Below, in pieces: positions 25,680 through 36,299 of a stretch of 64,000 nucleotides of DNA. A program made the translations under genes and the position numbers. The notes below the pieces were generated by a model. That model saw only the letters and a list, made by a program, of their open reading frames with translations. It was not told the origin of the DNA and searched no databases. This stretch comes from Squalus acanthias (Eukaryota). The stretch lies in assembly GCA_030390025.1 (NCBI GenBank), contig JASTWF010000324.1, forward strand, positions 186,001 through 250,000. The letters run 5' to 3'. Numbering within the stretch: position 1 is the first letter of the stretch; each line of letters opens with the position of its first letter.

Positions 25680-25899
25680 CTCACCAAATCTGGCCAAGAT
25701 GAATGCGTCCCTTGCATCCTGGGCAGCAATGTGGTCGGCGACTTCTGGCCTGTGCAGCTTCAGGTGGGTGAGGAGCAGCTTGGCGCTCCTGTTGATGCTC
25801 CTGCTGTTCGTGCTGCTGTTGTTCATGGTTCTGCTGCTACCGCGGCTGATCTTCGTCTGAATCTGATGTCCAGGAGGAAAGGAATTAAATGGTTCCCAT
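25680..25899 (-). pseudogene. Putative Harbinger transposase remnant (N-terminus joined to extreme C-terminus; no DDE core)
   Basis: MGTI*FLSSWTSDSDEDQPR*QQ...ARSRRPH, then in another frame HIAAQDARDAFILARF resembling Harbinger/HARBI1-type C-termini; convergent with the Myb gene. Confidence 0.5.
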
Positions 25900-26425
25900 G
25901 CTTCTGGTATATGCCTCAGTTGAGGAAGCGCTCAGTCAAGGTGGGGAGAGGGGTTTCCCAGGAGGTCACACTGGAGATGGGTGTCAGGCTTCAACCTTCC
26001 ACAACAATGAGTAGGCCTGCTAAAAGTTCCCCCAGACCTGAGACAACAAAGTTCTGCCACCTGCAAATGATCATCGGTGAAAACTCCTTTGTAATGGTGG
26101 AGCTGCAGCTGTGAGTAAGCAATCCACTTGTGAGGCCGCCAGGATTACCTGGCGTGTTACAGAGGAGGCGTGTAGGATGGGGGAAATGTCTAAAAATCGG
26201 AAAGCCCTCTCAAAATGGGATTATAGAGGCAAGTGGTTGTTAAGGGCCTTAAGGGCCGATCCTGCCTCTTGGAGGCGGGATGGAAAGGGGATCAGAAAAC
26301 ATGCATTTGGGAAAATTGCTCGGAGGCGGGATGGAGGCGGGATCGGGCCCGCCCGCCATTTTTTGCGATTTTACCACCTCGGACGCCTCCAAACCCGCCT
26401 CCTCGTGCTTGGCAAAATCGAGCCC

Positions 26426-28176
26426 TTTGTCTGCCTGACTCGGGCTCAGACTTAAATTCTGACTTTGTCTTGGACTTGTTTCTGGTGCGTCTGATGTAGG
26501 ATTTGCTGCTGGTACTCTACTGGTAACAAGACTATCTGACTCATCAGAATAAATCGAATCATCCCAGCTTTCAACTCCTTCCACATCTGTAGGGAAGATA
26601 TGATCAATGTGAACAAACCTAACCTTTCCATGATCAAACATCTTGACCAAATATGTGCGAGGGCCACATATCTTTACTACTCTTCCTGGTAACCACTTTA
26701 ACCATTTATGGTGATGGTTCTTCACTCCAACCTTCTGGTTCAACTTCACACTTCTCTCTCTAACTCTACCTTTATCATGACTCTCTTTCTGCCTTGATTG
26801 TTTCTCTTCTATGGACTGTGCCAAGTTTGGCTTTAACAATGAGAACCTGATTCATGGCTGTCGTTTGAGAAACAACTCTGCTGGTTTCCTACCAGTAGTG
26901 GTATGAGGAGTATTCCGATAGGTAATCAGAAAATTTGCCAGTTTGTGGTCCAACGACAACTGACGTTTCTTTGGATTTGGATCCAACATTTGCTTGATGA
27001 GGGCACGTTTGACAATTTGTACTGTGCGCTCTGCTGCACCATTTGAAGCAGGATGGTACGGTGGAACTTTGGTATGTTTCACACCATTTCCGTTCATGAA
27101 CTGTGTTAACTCTTCTGAACAAAATTGTGGCCCATTATCAGACACAATTTCTTCTGGGAGGCCGTGTGAAGAAAACAATCTTCGCAAATTGTCTAGTGTT
27201 TTGCTTGTTGTTATTATCCGCATCGGAAACACCTCTACCCACTTCGAGTGACTATCACTATGAACAATTGCTGACTTCTAGCTCAGCAAAATCTACATGT
27301 AACCTTTGCCACACTCTGGGAGGCCATTTTCATGGCTGTAATGGTACTGATGGTGGTTTCTTGCTCACCGATTGACATATTGTACACTGACTGACTATGT
27401 ACTCTATTTCTTTATCTAAACCTGGCCACCACAAGTAACTGCGTGCAAAGCTCTTGGTCAAGCACATTCCCAGGTGCTGGTCATGAAGATCTCCTAACAA
27501 TTTAGACCTGAACCTATTTGGGATAACCACTCTTGCTCCCCACATGATACAATCTTTATCCACTAACAATTCATTCCTGTGAACGAAGTATGGATGGATA
27601 TCTTCCTCTGATACCTGGTTTGGCCATCCATTTGCTATGTAATCATACACCTTTGACATCATTGGGTCACGTTTGGTTGCCCTACCAATCTCTTCAGCTG
27701 TGACTGGCAGCTCATCAATGTATGAGAAATAGAACACTTCTTCCTTATTGGGTGTAACTTGTGATGGGGATGGCAACCTGGACAGAGCATCAGCATTACT
27801 GTGATCAGCTGATCGTCTGTACTCAATGTCATGCGTATACGCTGACAAAATCAAAGCCCATCTCTGCATTCGGGCTGCAGCTAAGGTTGGGACTGGGGAC
27901 TTTGGTTGGAGGATTGCTGTCAGGGGCTTATGGTCAGTAACTATGGTAAACTTACGACCAAACAAGTATTTGTGAAACTTCTTGACCCCAAAAATCAATG
28001 ACAAAACTTGCCTTTCGATCTGCGCATAATTCCGCTCACTGGCACTGAGAGTGCGTGAATCAAAAGCAATTGGTCTCTCCTCCCCACTATCTAGTACATG
28101 AGAGATCACTGCCCCAACTCTGTATGGAAAGGTGTCACACGCTAGCTTGATCTCCTTAGATACATAATAGTGAACT
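26426..28176 (-). pseudogene. Gypsy pol remnant: RNase H plus integrase
   Basis: LACD..YRVGAVISH, ERPIAF.SRTL, VTDHKPL, NADALSRLP; HHCC (HDQH...CTIC); SDNGPQF and YHPASNGAAER. Confidence 0.93.
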
Positions 28177-28503
28177 GGAAATGGCGCGGAACTCTCGGGA
28201 GTATTGGTCGGCCATATCCATTGACATAGCTGTCTGACAAGCTAAGTCAAAAGTCAAGTTAGGGGTTGTCAACAATTTACTTCTGATACGTTCATTTTTC
28301 AACCCACAAACAAAGCGGTCACGCAAAGCTCGGTCCTGAAAGTTTCCGAAATGACAGTGAATGGATAGCTTTTTTAAAGCTACAATGTACTCACTGATAC
28401 CCTCGTCATTTAATTGATTACGTGTTCCAAAATGATAACTTTCAGCAATTTCCAGGGGCTCAGGACTGTATTGCTGTTCTAACTTGGTTAGAATCTCCTT
28501 CAA
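28177..28503 (-). pseudogene. Gypsy gag (capsid-like) fragment
   Basis: RNQLNDEGISEYIVALKKLSIHCHFG...LRDRFVCGL, a Mag-type gag motif. Confidence 0.88.
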
Positions 28504-29430
28504 CTAGGAGGGGGGGTGGGCTCAGAGGAGGAGACCAGGAAGCTCCAGAGCGATTTGGACAGACTGGGTGATTGGGCGGATAAATGGCAGATGCACTATA
28601 ATGTGGACAAGTGCGAAGTTATCCACCTTGGGTGCAGGAACGGGAGGGCAAATTATTATTTAAATGGCAATAAATTGGGAGAGGGGGAAGTACAGAGAGA
28701 CCTGGGTGTTCTTGTACACCAGTCACTGAAGGCGAGCATGCAGGTGCAACAGGCGATCAAGAAGGCAAACGGTATGCTGGCCTTCATAGCAAAAGGGTTG
28801 GAATACAGGAACAGGGATACCTTGCTGCAGCTGTACAGGGCACTGGTGAGACCACACCTCGAGTACTGTGTACAGTTTTGGTCGCCTCATCTGAGGAAAG
28901 ATGTTCTTGCCATGGAGGGGGTGCAGCGGCGATTCACCAGGCTGATACCAGGAATGGCGGGATTGACCTATGAGGAGAGACTATGTAGTTTAGGGATGTA
29001 CACACTGGAGTTTAGAAGATTGAGAGGGGACCTCATAGAAGTGTATAAAATTCTGACAGGTCTAGACAGACTAGATGCAGAAGGAATGTTTCCCTTGGCG
29101 GGTGAGAACAGAACTAGAGGACATAATTTAAGGATAAGGGCTAAACCATTTAGGACAGAAATGAGGGGGAATTTCTTCACTCAGAGGGTGGTGAACCTGT
29201 GGAACTCATTGCCACAGAGGGCAGTGTACGCCAGCTCATTAAATATATTTAAGAGGGAATTAGATATATTTCTACAGGCAAAAGGGGTTAAGGGTTACGG
29301 AGAGAAGGCGGGGACGGGATACTGAATTGGAGGATCAGCCATGATCTCATTAAATGGCGGAGCAGGCTCGAAGGGCCGGATGGCCTACTCCTGCTCCTAT
29401 CTTCTATGTATCTATGTATCTATGTATGTA
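28504..29430 (+). mobile_element. CR1 LINE 3' fragment inserted in Gypsy gag
   Basis: Open ORF 28516-29325 (ORF2 C-terminus), 3' UTR, (tctatgta)n tail. Confidence 0.95.
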
Positions 29431-29431
29431 G

Positions 29432-29598
29432 TGTCTGGTGATTTCTACTTCTAGCATTGCCAGTCGGTTTACTCTTCTGTCGGCACGCCTTCGCAAGATG
29501 TCCCGTTTCCTTGCAGTAGAAACACTCTGCCTTCGCATATGGACAGCTTTGAGCGATGTGTTGTCCCTCTCCCTAACATCTGTCATAGGCGTGGCCAT
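29432..29598 (-). pseudogene. Gypsy gag start plus CCHC zinc-knuckle fragment
   Basis: MATPM at 29598; an alternative frame reads GQHIAQSCPYAKAE-CFYCKETGHLAKAC-RQK (C-X2-C-X4-H-X4-C at ~29483-29524). Confidence 0.8.
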
Positions 29599-29748
29599 CT
29601 GGACTCTGGCAACGTCGACAGTTCAGCCATGTGTGCTCGAAATTTACCTCGGATTTTTAAGTTTTTCTATAAAATGAAGAACCTCTAACAGCCCCTCCAT
29701 CGGTTGGCAGGATCATCCTCCAACAAGAATTTCAGCTAGGGAATCCAC

Positions 29749-29767
29749 AATCGCATCCTCATTGCCA
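29749..29767 (-). promoter_or_regulatory. Primer-binding site, tRNA-Ser(GCT)-like
   Basis: Minus strand TGGCAATGAGGATGCGATT, 4 nt after the 5' LTR; 16/19 match to TGGCGACGAGGATGGGATT (recalled sequence), two mismatches being CpG transitions. Confidence 0.78.
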
Positions 29768-29771
29768 ATTC

Positions 29772-29891
29772 TGTGGTATCTTAAGAATCAGCATATATAT
29801 ACAACAGCACAACATGGCTTCTGGTAAGAACTGTTCTGCATATGGCTTTGTTATTATATACATCAGTAGTCCACCAGGTGGCTCCATTACA
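29772..29891 (-). repeat. 5' LTR of the Gypsy element (120 bp)
   Basis: Direct repeat of 18601-18719; adjacent PBS and TSD. Confidence 0.92.
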
Positions 29892-30245
29892 CCTCCCTAT
29901 CTCTGTAACCTCCTCCAGCCCTACAACCCTCCAAGATCTCTGCGTTCCTCCAATTCTGGCCTCTTGACCATCCCTGATTTTAATCGCTCCACCATTGGCG
30001 GCCGTGCTTTCAGCTGCCTTGGTCCTAAGCTGCAGAATTCCCTCCCTAAACCTCTCCACCTCTCTACCTCTCTTCTCCTTTTAGATACTCCTTAAAACCT
30101 ACTTCTTTGACCAAGCTTTTGGTCACCTGTCCTAATATCTCCTTATGTGGCTCGGTGTCAATTTTTGTTTGATAATCGCCCCTGTGAAGGGCCTTGGGAC
30201 GTTTTACTATGTTAAAGGCGCTATATAAATTCAAGTTGTTGTTGT
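29892..30245 (+). mobile_element. L2 LINE 3' end, right part
   Basis: PYLCNLLQPYNPPRSLRSS...GGRAFS...NSLP; tail ggcgctatataaattcaagttgttgttg. Confidence 0.85.
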
Positions 30246-30504
30246 ATATAGATTGTACACTCACTTGGACATGGATACATTTCCCTTTCGCCCTGTCCAT
30301 TCCACCTCTCCCAAAGCATTGCCCTGCTGTTGTACAGTTCTGCAGCCACTGGACTGCCCTCTCAGGTGTCCAACATTCCAGGGTTGTCCTGCAGTGTCCA
30401 GGAATAAAAGATTAATCTCTTGGACACTGGCATCAGAAAGTCATTGGGGCTTTAAAAAAATTGTGCATCTTTTAAATTTTTTTTTGAAATGTTTGTTATA
30501 AAGT

Positions 30505-30680
30505 ATAAATGTTGGCATTGCCAGCGACGCCCTGATCCCATAAACGAATACAAATAAATAAATTTACAGCCCAGAAACAGGCCATTCAGCCCAACAGGTC
30601 CATGCCGGTGTTTCTGCTCCACACCAGCCTCCTCCCACCCCTCTTCATCTAAACCCCGTCAACATATCCTTCTAACCCTT
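30505..30680. mobile_element. Old LINE 3'-end fragments (+ tail like 32440-32490, then a minus CR1-type 3' UTR)
   Basis: ataaatgttggcattgccagcgacgcc...cccataaacgaata; aggccattcagcccaac...ctccacaccagcctcctccc, whose reverse complement recurs at ~33085-33130. Confidence 0.6.
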
Positions 30681-30904
30681 GCACCTTATTAGTTATAGAA
30701 ATATTGGAGATGGGGGAAGAAATGCTGTTTGACTGGGTGAGGCGAGGTCATGTGGGAACACATCCAGCCATAGCTGGCACCTCTGCTGCCCGCTGTGCGT
30801 AACCAAAAGGCACCTGCTCCACATGTGAACCTTGCTGTGTGAACACCGTCCTCTAAAGGGGTCTAACCAGAGCTCTGTACAGCTGGAACAGAACTCCCAG
30901 CCCT

Positions 30905-31012
30905 CACGCTGTTTCCTGCATTACAACAGTGACGACACGTCAGCAGTACTTCGTTGGCTGTCAAGCGCTTTGGGACGTCCGGTGAGTGTGAAAGGCGTTG
31001 GAGAAATGCAGG
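30905..31012 (+). mobile_element. Deu-SINE 3' tail fragment
   Basis: Matches 18070-18172 (tttcctgcattacaacagtgac...ttggctgtcaagcgctttgggac...gtgaaaggcg). Confidence 0.75.
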
Positions 31013-31189
31013 CAATGTTACCCCCCGCCTCCCCCCCCAGGGGTCCCGTGCAGCCGGTGAGCCAGCTTTTAAATTGAAAAAAAAAAACGGTCATGCGCGG
31101 ACTTCGGAATGGGCCGGCCAGCCCGTTAAAGGGACCGTGCGGCCCAAAAAACATCACAGGGAACATGGAATATAAGAATTTCTTTTTTT

Positions 31190-31797
31190 GAATTCCAGCC
31201 CTCTTGAGTTAAAGGCCAACGTTCCATTAGCCTTTTGAAGTATTTGTTGTACCTGCCCACTGGCTCGCTGTGGTTTCTGTACTTGGAGCAGTAACTCTCT
31301 CGGCTCCTCCGCAGCGCCCAGCCTCTCACCATTCAGAGAAGACTCTGATCTGTCTTTCTTGGGTCCACAGTGGACGATCTCACAGTTCCCCAGCGCCACT
31401 AGATGAATGGAGGGAGAAGTTGGAAGTAATTATTTTTCACACAGTGCGATATTGGAATGGGCGAATATTTTATCACAAGGAGTGACTGAGGCAGAGACTA
31501 CAACATCATTTAAAACTGAACTGGATAAGCATTGAAATGTAAAAGGACACGGGGAAAGGGAAGAGAATTGGGATCAACGGAGACAGCTCCAGTTGAAGAA
31601 CTAGCACAAAAGGCATCAAGGGGTATGGGGAGAGAGCGGGAATATGGTATTGAGATAGAGGATCAGCCATGATCATATTGAATGGCGGAGCAGGCTCGAA
31701 GGGCCGAATGGCCGACTCCTGCTCCTATTTTTTTTTCTAATTTAGCACCAGCACAGGCGTGATGGGCTGAATGGCCTCCTCCTGTGCTGATTCTATG
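31190..31797. mobile_element. Cluster of degraded CR1 fragments, including a younger 3' UTR at ~31610-31735
   Basis: Minus KANGTLAFNSRGLEFK; plus ggagcaggctcgaagggccgaatggccgactcctgctcc. Confidence 0.7.
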
Positions 31798-32194
31798 ATC
31801 CCATTCAACACTGGTTCGCAGAGAACACCTGCCACCCACCCCAGGAACACAGGAACCCCCGTGTCCTGCTCTTGATCACTCACTTTCCCTAGGTGAGACT
31901 CCCATGGTCGCAGTTACATGGATGGGCTGACCATCTCTATGACATTTATCCCAACGACTGCAATCTGTCCAGCTCCGATGTGTAGGAGATATTTGAGACA
32001 TTAGCTGTTGTTGCTGGGAGATTGCCCCAATGTAACCTCCCCTAACCCATGGTTTGTATGAGGTTTATTAATAATAATTCTTCTCTTTATACAGCATTGA
32101 AGCATTGCAAAACGCTTCATACACTGATTCACTTTTACTGACTGTTGCATCTTACACACAAACTTTAGTGACTATTGCATCTTACACACAAACC

Positions 32195-32492
32195 TGCGAC
32201 CTCTTCCACATAGAAGGACAAGGGCAGCAGGCTCATGGGAACACCACCACCTCCAAGATCCCCTCCAAGTCACACACCATCCTGACTTGTAAGTCTATCG
32301 CCGATCCTTCATCGTCGCTGGGTCAAAATCCTGGAACTCCCTACCTAACAGCACCGTGGGAGCGCCTTCACCACACGGACTGCAGCGGTTCAAGAAGGCG
32401 GCTCACCACCACCTTCTCAAGGGCAACTAGGGATGGGCAATAAATGCTGGCATTGCCAGCAACGCCCATATCCCATAAACGAATATAAAAAA
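32195..32492 (+). mobile_element. 3' end of a non-LTR retrotransposon (clade uncertain)
   Basis: ORF2-like end KSWNSLPNSTVG...GLQRFKKAAHHHLLKGN*, AATAAA, A-rich tail; tail repeated at 30505. Confidence 0.72.
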
Positions 32493-32730
32493 ATAGACAA
32501 AAATTAGGCAATTTGACACAGAATGGCTCATAGACAGCAAGGAGATGAATGATCTGTCCATCTTAATTGGTAGTGTTGGTTGAAGAGGAAAGTTGTTCCA
32601 AGACACCAGGAGGATTCTCGTCTATGGTGTTTTTAGGTTCTATCTGAACCACATGAACAGGCTTCGGCTTAATGTCTCATCTGATGGACAGAAGTATTTT
32701 ATACTGCGTCCATCAGATCCATAATCGTTT

Positions 32731-33031
32731 GCTTTACTCTGTATCTAACCCGTGCTGTACCTGCCCTGGGAGTGTTTGATGGGACAGTGTAGAGGGAGCT
32801 TTACTCTGTATCTAACCCGTGCTGTACCTGCCCTGGGAGTGTTTGATGGGGACAGTGTAGAGGGAGCTTTACTCTGTATCTAACCCGTGCTGTACCTGCC
32901 CTGGGAGTGTTTGATGGGACAGTGTAGAGGGAGCTTTACTCTGTATCTAACCCGTGCTGTACCTGCCCTGGGAGTGTTTCATGGAACAGTGTAGAGGGAG
33001 CTTTACTCTGTATCTAACCCGTGCTGTACCT
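32731..33031. repeat. 67-bp tandem repeat, about 4.5 copies
   Basis: gctttactctgtatctaacccgtgctgtacctgccctgggagtgtttgatgggacagtgtagaggga at 32731, 32798 and onward. Confidence 0.95.
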
Positions 33032-33148
33032 AATCCAGTTTCCTTTAATGCGCTACGCTCAGTGACAAAAATATGCTGAAGAGGGGTGGGAGGAGGCTCG
33101 TGTGGAGCATAAACGCCGGCATGGACCAGTTGGCCAGTTTCTGTGTTG

Positions 33149-35663
33149 TATCAAATTGGCAAAGGTAGTCTGGAGGATGAGTTCATGGAATGCATTCGGG
33201 ACAGTTTCCTAGAACAATACGTCATGGAACCAACCAGGGAACAGGCTATTTTAGATCTTGTATTGTGTAATGAGATAGGGTTAATTTGCAATCTCATCGT
33301 CAAGGATCCTTTGGGGCAGAGTGATCATAATATGATAGAATTTCACATTAGGTTTGAGAGTGACTTGCCTAAGTCCAAAACTAGAGTCTTAAACTTAAAT
33401 AAAGCCAATTACATAGGTATGAGGGGCGAGTTGGCTAGAGTAGATTGGAAAAATAGATTAAAAGGTATGGCGGTAGATAAGCAGTGGCTAGAATTTAAAG
33501 AAATATTTCATAATTCTCAACAAAAATACATTCCATTGAGAAACAAAAACTCCACGGGAAAAGTGATCCAACCCTGGCTAACTAAAGAAGTTAAGGATAG
33601 CATTAGATTGAAAGAAGAAGCTTATAATGTTGCAAAGAATATTAGTAAGCCTGAGGATTGGGAGAGTTTCAGAAACCAGCAAAGAATGACAAAAAAATTG
33701 ATAAAAAGGGAAAAAATAGAATGAGAGAAAACTAGCAAGAAATATAAAAGCAGATTGTAAGAGCTTCTATAAGTATGTAAAAAGAAGAGAGTAGCAAAAG
33801 TAAACATTGGTCCCTTAGCGGCTGAGACAGGAGAAATTATTATGGGGAATAAGGAAATGGCAGAAACATTAAACAAATATTTTGTATCTGTTTTCACAGT
33901 AGAAGACAAAAAAAGCATACCAGAAATAGTGGGGAACCAAGGGTCTAATGAGGGTGTGGAACTTAACGTAATTAATATAAATAGAGAAAAAGTACTTGAG
34001 AAACTAATGGGACTAAAAGCCAACAAATCCCCAGGACCTGATGGCCTACATCCTAGGGTTCTAAAAGAGGTGGCTGAAGAGATAATGGATGCATTGGTTG
34101 TGATCTTCCAAAATTCCCTCGATTCTAGAACGGTCTCAGCAGATTGGAAGGTCGCAAATGTAGCCCCGCTATTCGAGAAAGGAGGGAGAGAAAAAACAGG
34201 GAACCACAGGCCAGTTAGCCTGACATCAGTCATTGGGAAAATGCTGGAATCCATTGTTAAGGAAGTGGTATCAGGACACTTAGAAAATCATAACATGGTG
34301 ATTTCAAATAAAACTGTTGGACTATAACCTGGTGTTGTGCGACTTCTCATAATATGATTAGGCAGAGTCAACATGGTTTTATGAAAGGGAAATCATGTTT
34401 GACAAATTTATTAGAGTTTTTTGAGGATGTAACTAGCAGAGTAGATAAAGGGGAACCAGTGGATGTAGTATATTTGGATTTCCAAAAGGCATTCGATAAG
34501 GTGCCACATAAAAGGTTATTACACAAGATTAGGGCTCATGGGGTTGGGGGTAATACAGTAGCATGGATAGAGGATTGGTTAACGGACAGAAAACAGAGAG
34601 TAGGGATAAACAGATCTTTTTCAGGTTGGCAGGCTGTAACTAGTGGGGTTCCGCAAGGATCAGTACTGGGGCCTCAGCTATTTACAATCTATATTAATGA
34701 CCTAGATGAAGGGACCGAGTATAATGTATCCAAGTTTGCTGATGATACAAAGCTAGGTGGGACAGTAAGCTGTGAGGAGAACACAATGAGTTTGCAAAGG
34801 GATATAAATAGACTAAGTGAGTGGGCAGTAAGGTGGCAGATGGAGTATAATGTAGGGAAATGTGAGGTTATTCACTTTGGTAGGAAGAATAGAAAAATAG
34901 AATATTTTTTAAATGGTGAGAAACTTTCAAATGTTGGTGTTCAGAGAGATTTGGGTGTCCTCGTGCAAGAAACACAGAAAGCTAGCATGCAAGTACAGCA
35001 AGCAATAAGGAAGGCAAATGGCATGTTGGCCTTTATTGCAAGGGGGTTGGACTATAAGAGTAAGGAAGTCTTGCTACAATTGTACAGGGCCTTGGTGAGA
35101 CCACACCTGGAGTACTGTGCACAGTTTTGGTCTCCTTATCTTAGGAAGGATATACTTGCCTTGGAGGCGGTGCAACAAAGGTTCACTAGGTTGATTCCTG
35201 GGATGAGAGGGTTGTCCTATGATGAGAGATTGTGCAGAATGGGCCTATAGTCTCTGGGGTTTAAAAGAATGAGAGGGGGTCTCATTGAAACATATAAGAT
35301 TCTGAGGGGGATTGACAGGGTGGATGCTGAGAGGCTTTTCCCCTGGCTGGAGAGTCTCGAACTAGGGGGCATAGTCTCAGGATAAGGGGTTGGCCATTAA
35401 GACTGAGATGAGGAGGAATTTCTTCACTCAGAGGGTGGTGAATCTTTGGAATTCTCTACCCCAGAGGGCTGTGGATGCTCAGTCTTTGAGTATATTCAAG
35501 GTTGAGATCGATAGATTTTTGGACTCTAGGGGAATCAAGGGATGTGGCGATGGGGCGGGAAAGTGGAGTTGAGGTCGAAGATCAGCCATGATCTTATTGA
35601 ATGGCGGAGCAGGCTCGAGGGGCCGCATGGCCGACTCCTGCTCCTAATTCTCATATTCTTATG
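33149..35663 (+). mobile_element. CR1 LINE, 5'-truncated, with a 53-bp insertion
   Basis: ORFs 33143-33724, 33842-34293, 34354-35250 (YLDFQKAFD, FADD) and 35390-35572; 3' UTR to ~35663. Confidence 0.95.
34294..34346 (+). mobile_element. 53-bp micro-insertion resembling the end of a Penelope-like element
   Basis: catggtgatttcaaataaaactgttggactataacctggtgttgtgcgacttc flanked by 6-bp TSD TCATAA (34288-34293, 34347-34352). Confidence 0.7.
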
Positions 35664-36299
35664 TAAATTTCTACATCAAAAATAGAAAATCACCCCGTTT
35701 CCCGGCATTGTTATCTCCGATTGTGAGAAGGATGAGCTGAATGAGCTGAAAGGCGTTGCTTGTGATCTGGAGGGTGGATTTTGGTGCAGCTCACGCAGGG
35801 TTAAAGGCCGGCTTCTGTCTCCTCACCGCTGAACGTCTCAGCAAACCTGCTCATTAAAAAAACACTTTCTTGACAAAATCCCTGTGACCCTCTGAGTCCT
35901 GAAGGAAAGATCTCTCTAACCAGCTGCTAAATACCACAAGGTTAGCAAAATCCTGGATGGGCGAATGACAGGCGATAACATTCATTAGCAGCAACTGCTG
36001 TTCTGTTAAAAAATATAAAATTGAAACCGAGTCCAAACAGAACGGAGCCCAGACTCCTTTGCAAGTGAAGCAGGGGCTGTAAATTTACTTGACATGTTTC
36101 CGCCTACATTGTTTCGGACTTTCCCAATCTGCCACGTTTAGCGCTGGCTGTCGGATTTCAGACCCGATCCGTGATGATCACTGAGAAAGTTAAAGGCAAA
36201 CTGTAGGAAGCTGGAAAGCGAATGGTAGAAGGGTTGAAGGGCAGGAAGAGGGTGCGAGGAAGGGGCTGTAAGAAAGGTCGAATGATTTAGGATGAGGAA

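Larger units (their letters stand above)
19055..26425. mobile_element. PIF/Harbinger-like DNA transposon (non-autonomous), inserted in the Gypsy integrase tail
   Basis: TIRs GGGCGGATTTTGCCA (19055) and TGGCAAAATCGAGCCC (to 26425); 3-bp TSD TTT; excision restores Gypsy frame SPSQADK|QSESVDQ...RRYPLRNRKP; Myb-like gene on +, convergent transposase remnant on -. Confidence 0.85.
18601..29891 (-). mobile_element. Ty3/Gypsy (Mag-like) LTR retrotransposon, decayed, with nested insertions
   Basis: Direct LTRs 18601-18719 and 29772-29891 (TG...CA); 5-bp TSD CCTCC at 18596-18600 and 29892-29896; PBS and PPT present; gag, RNase H and integrase remnants on minus. Confidence 0.92.
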
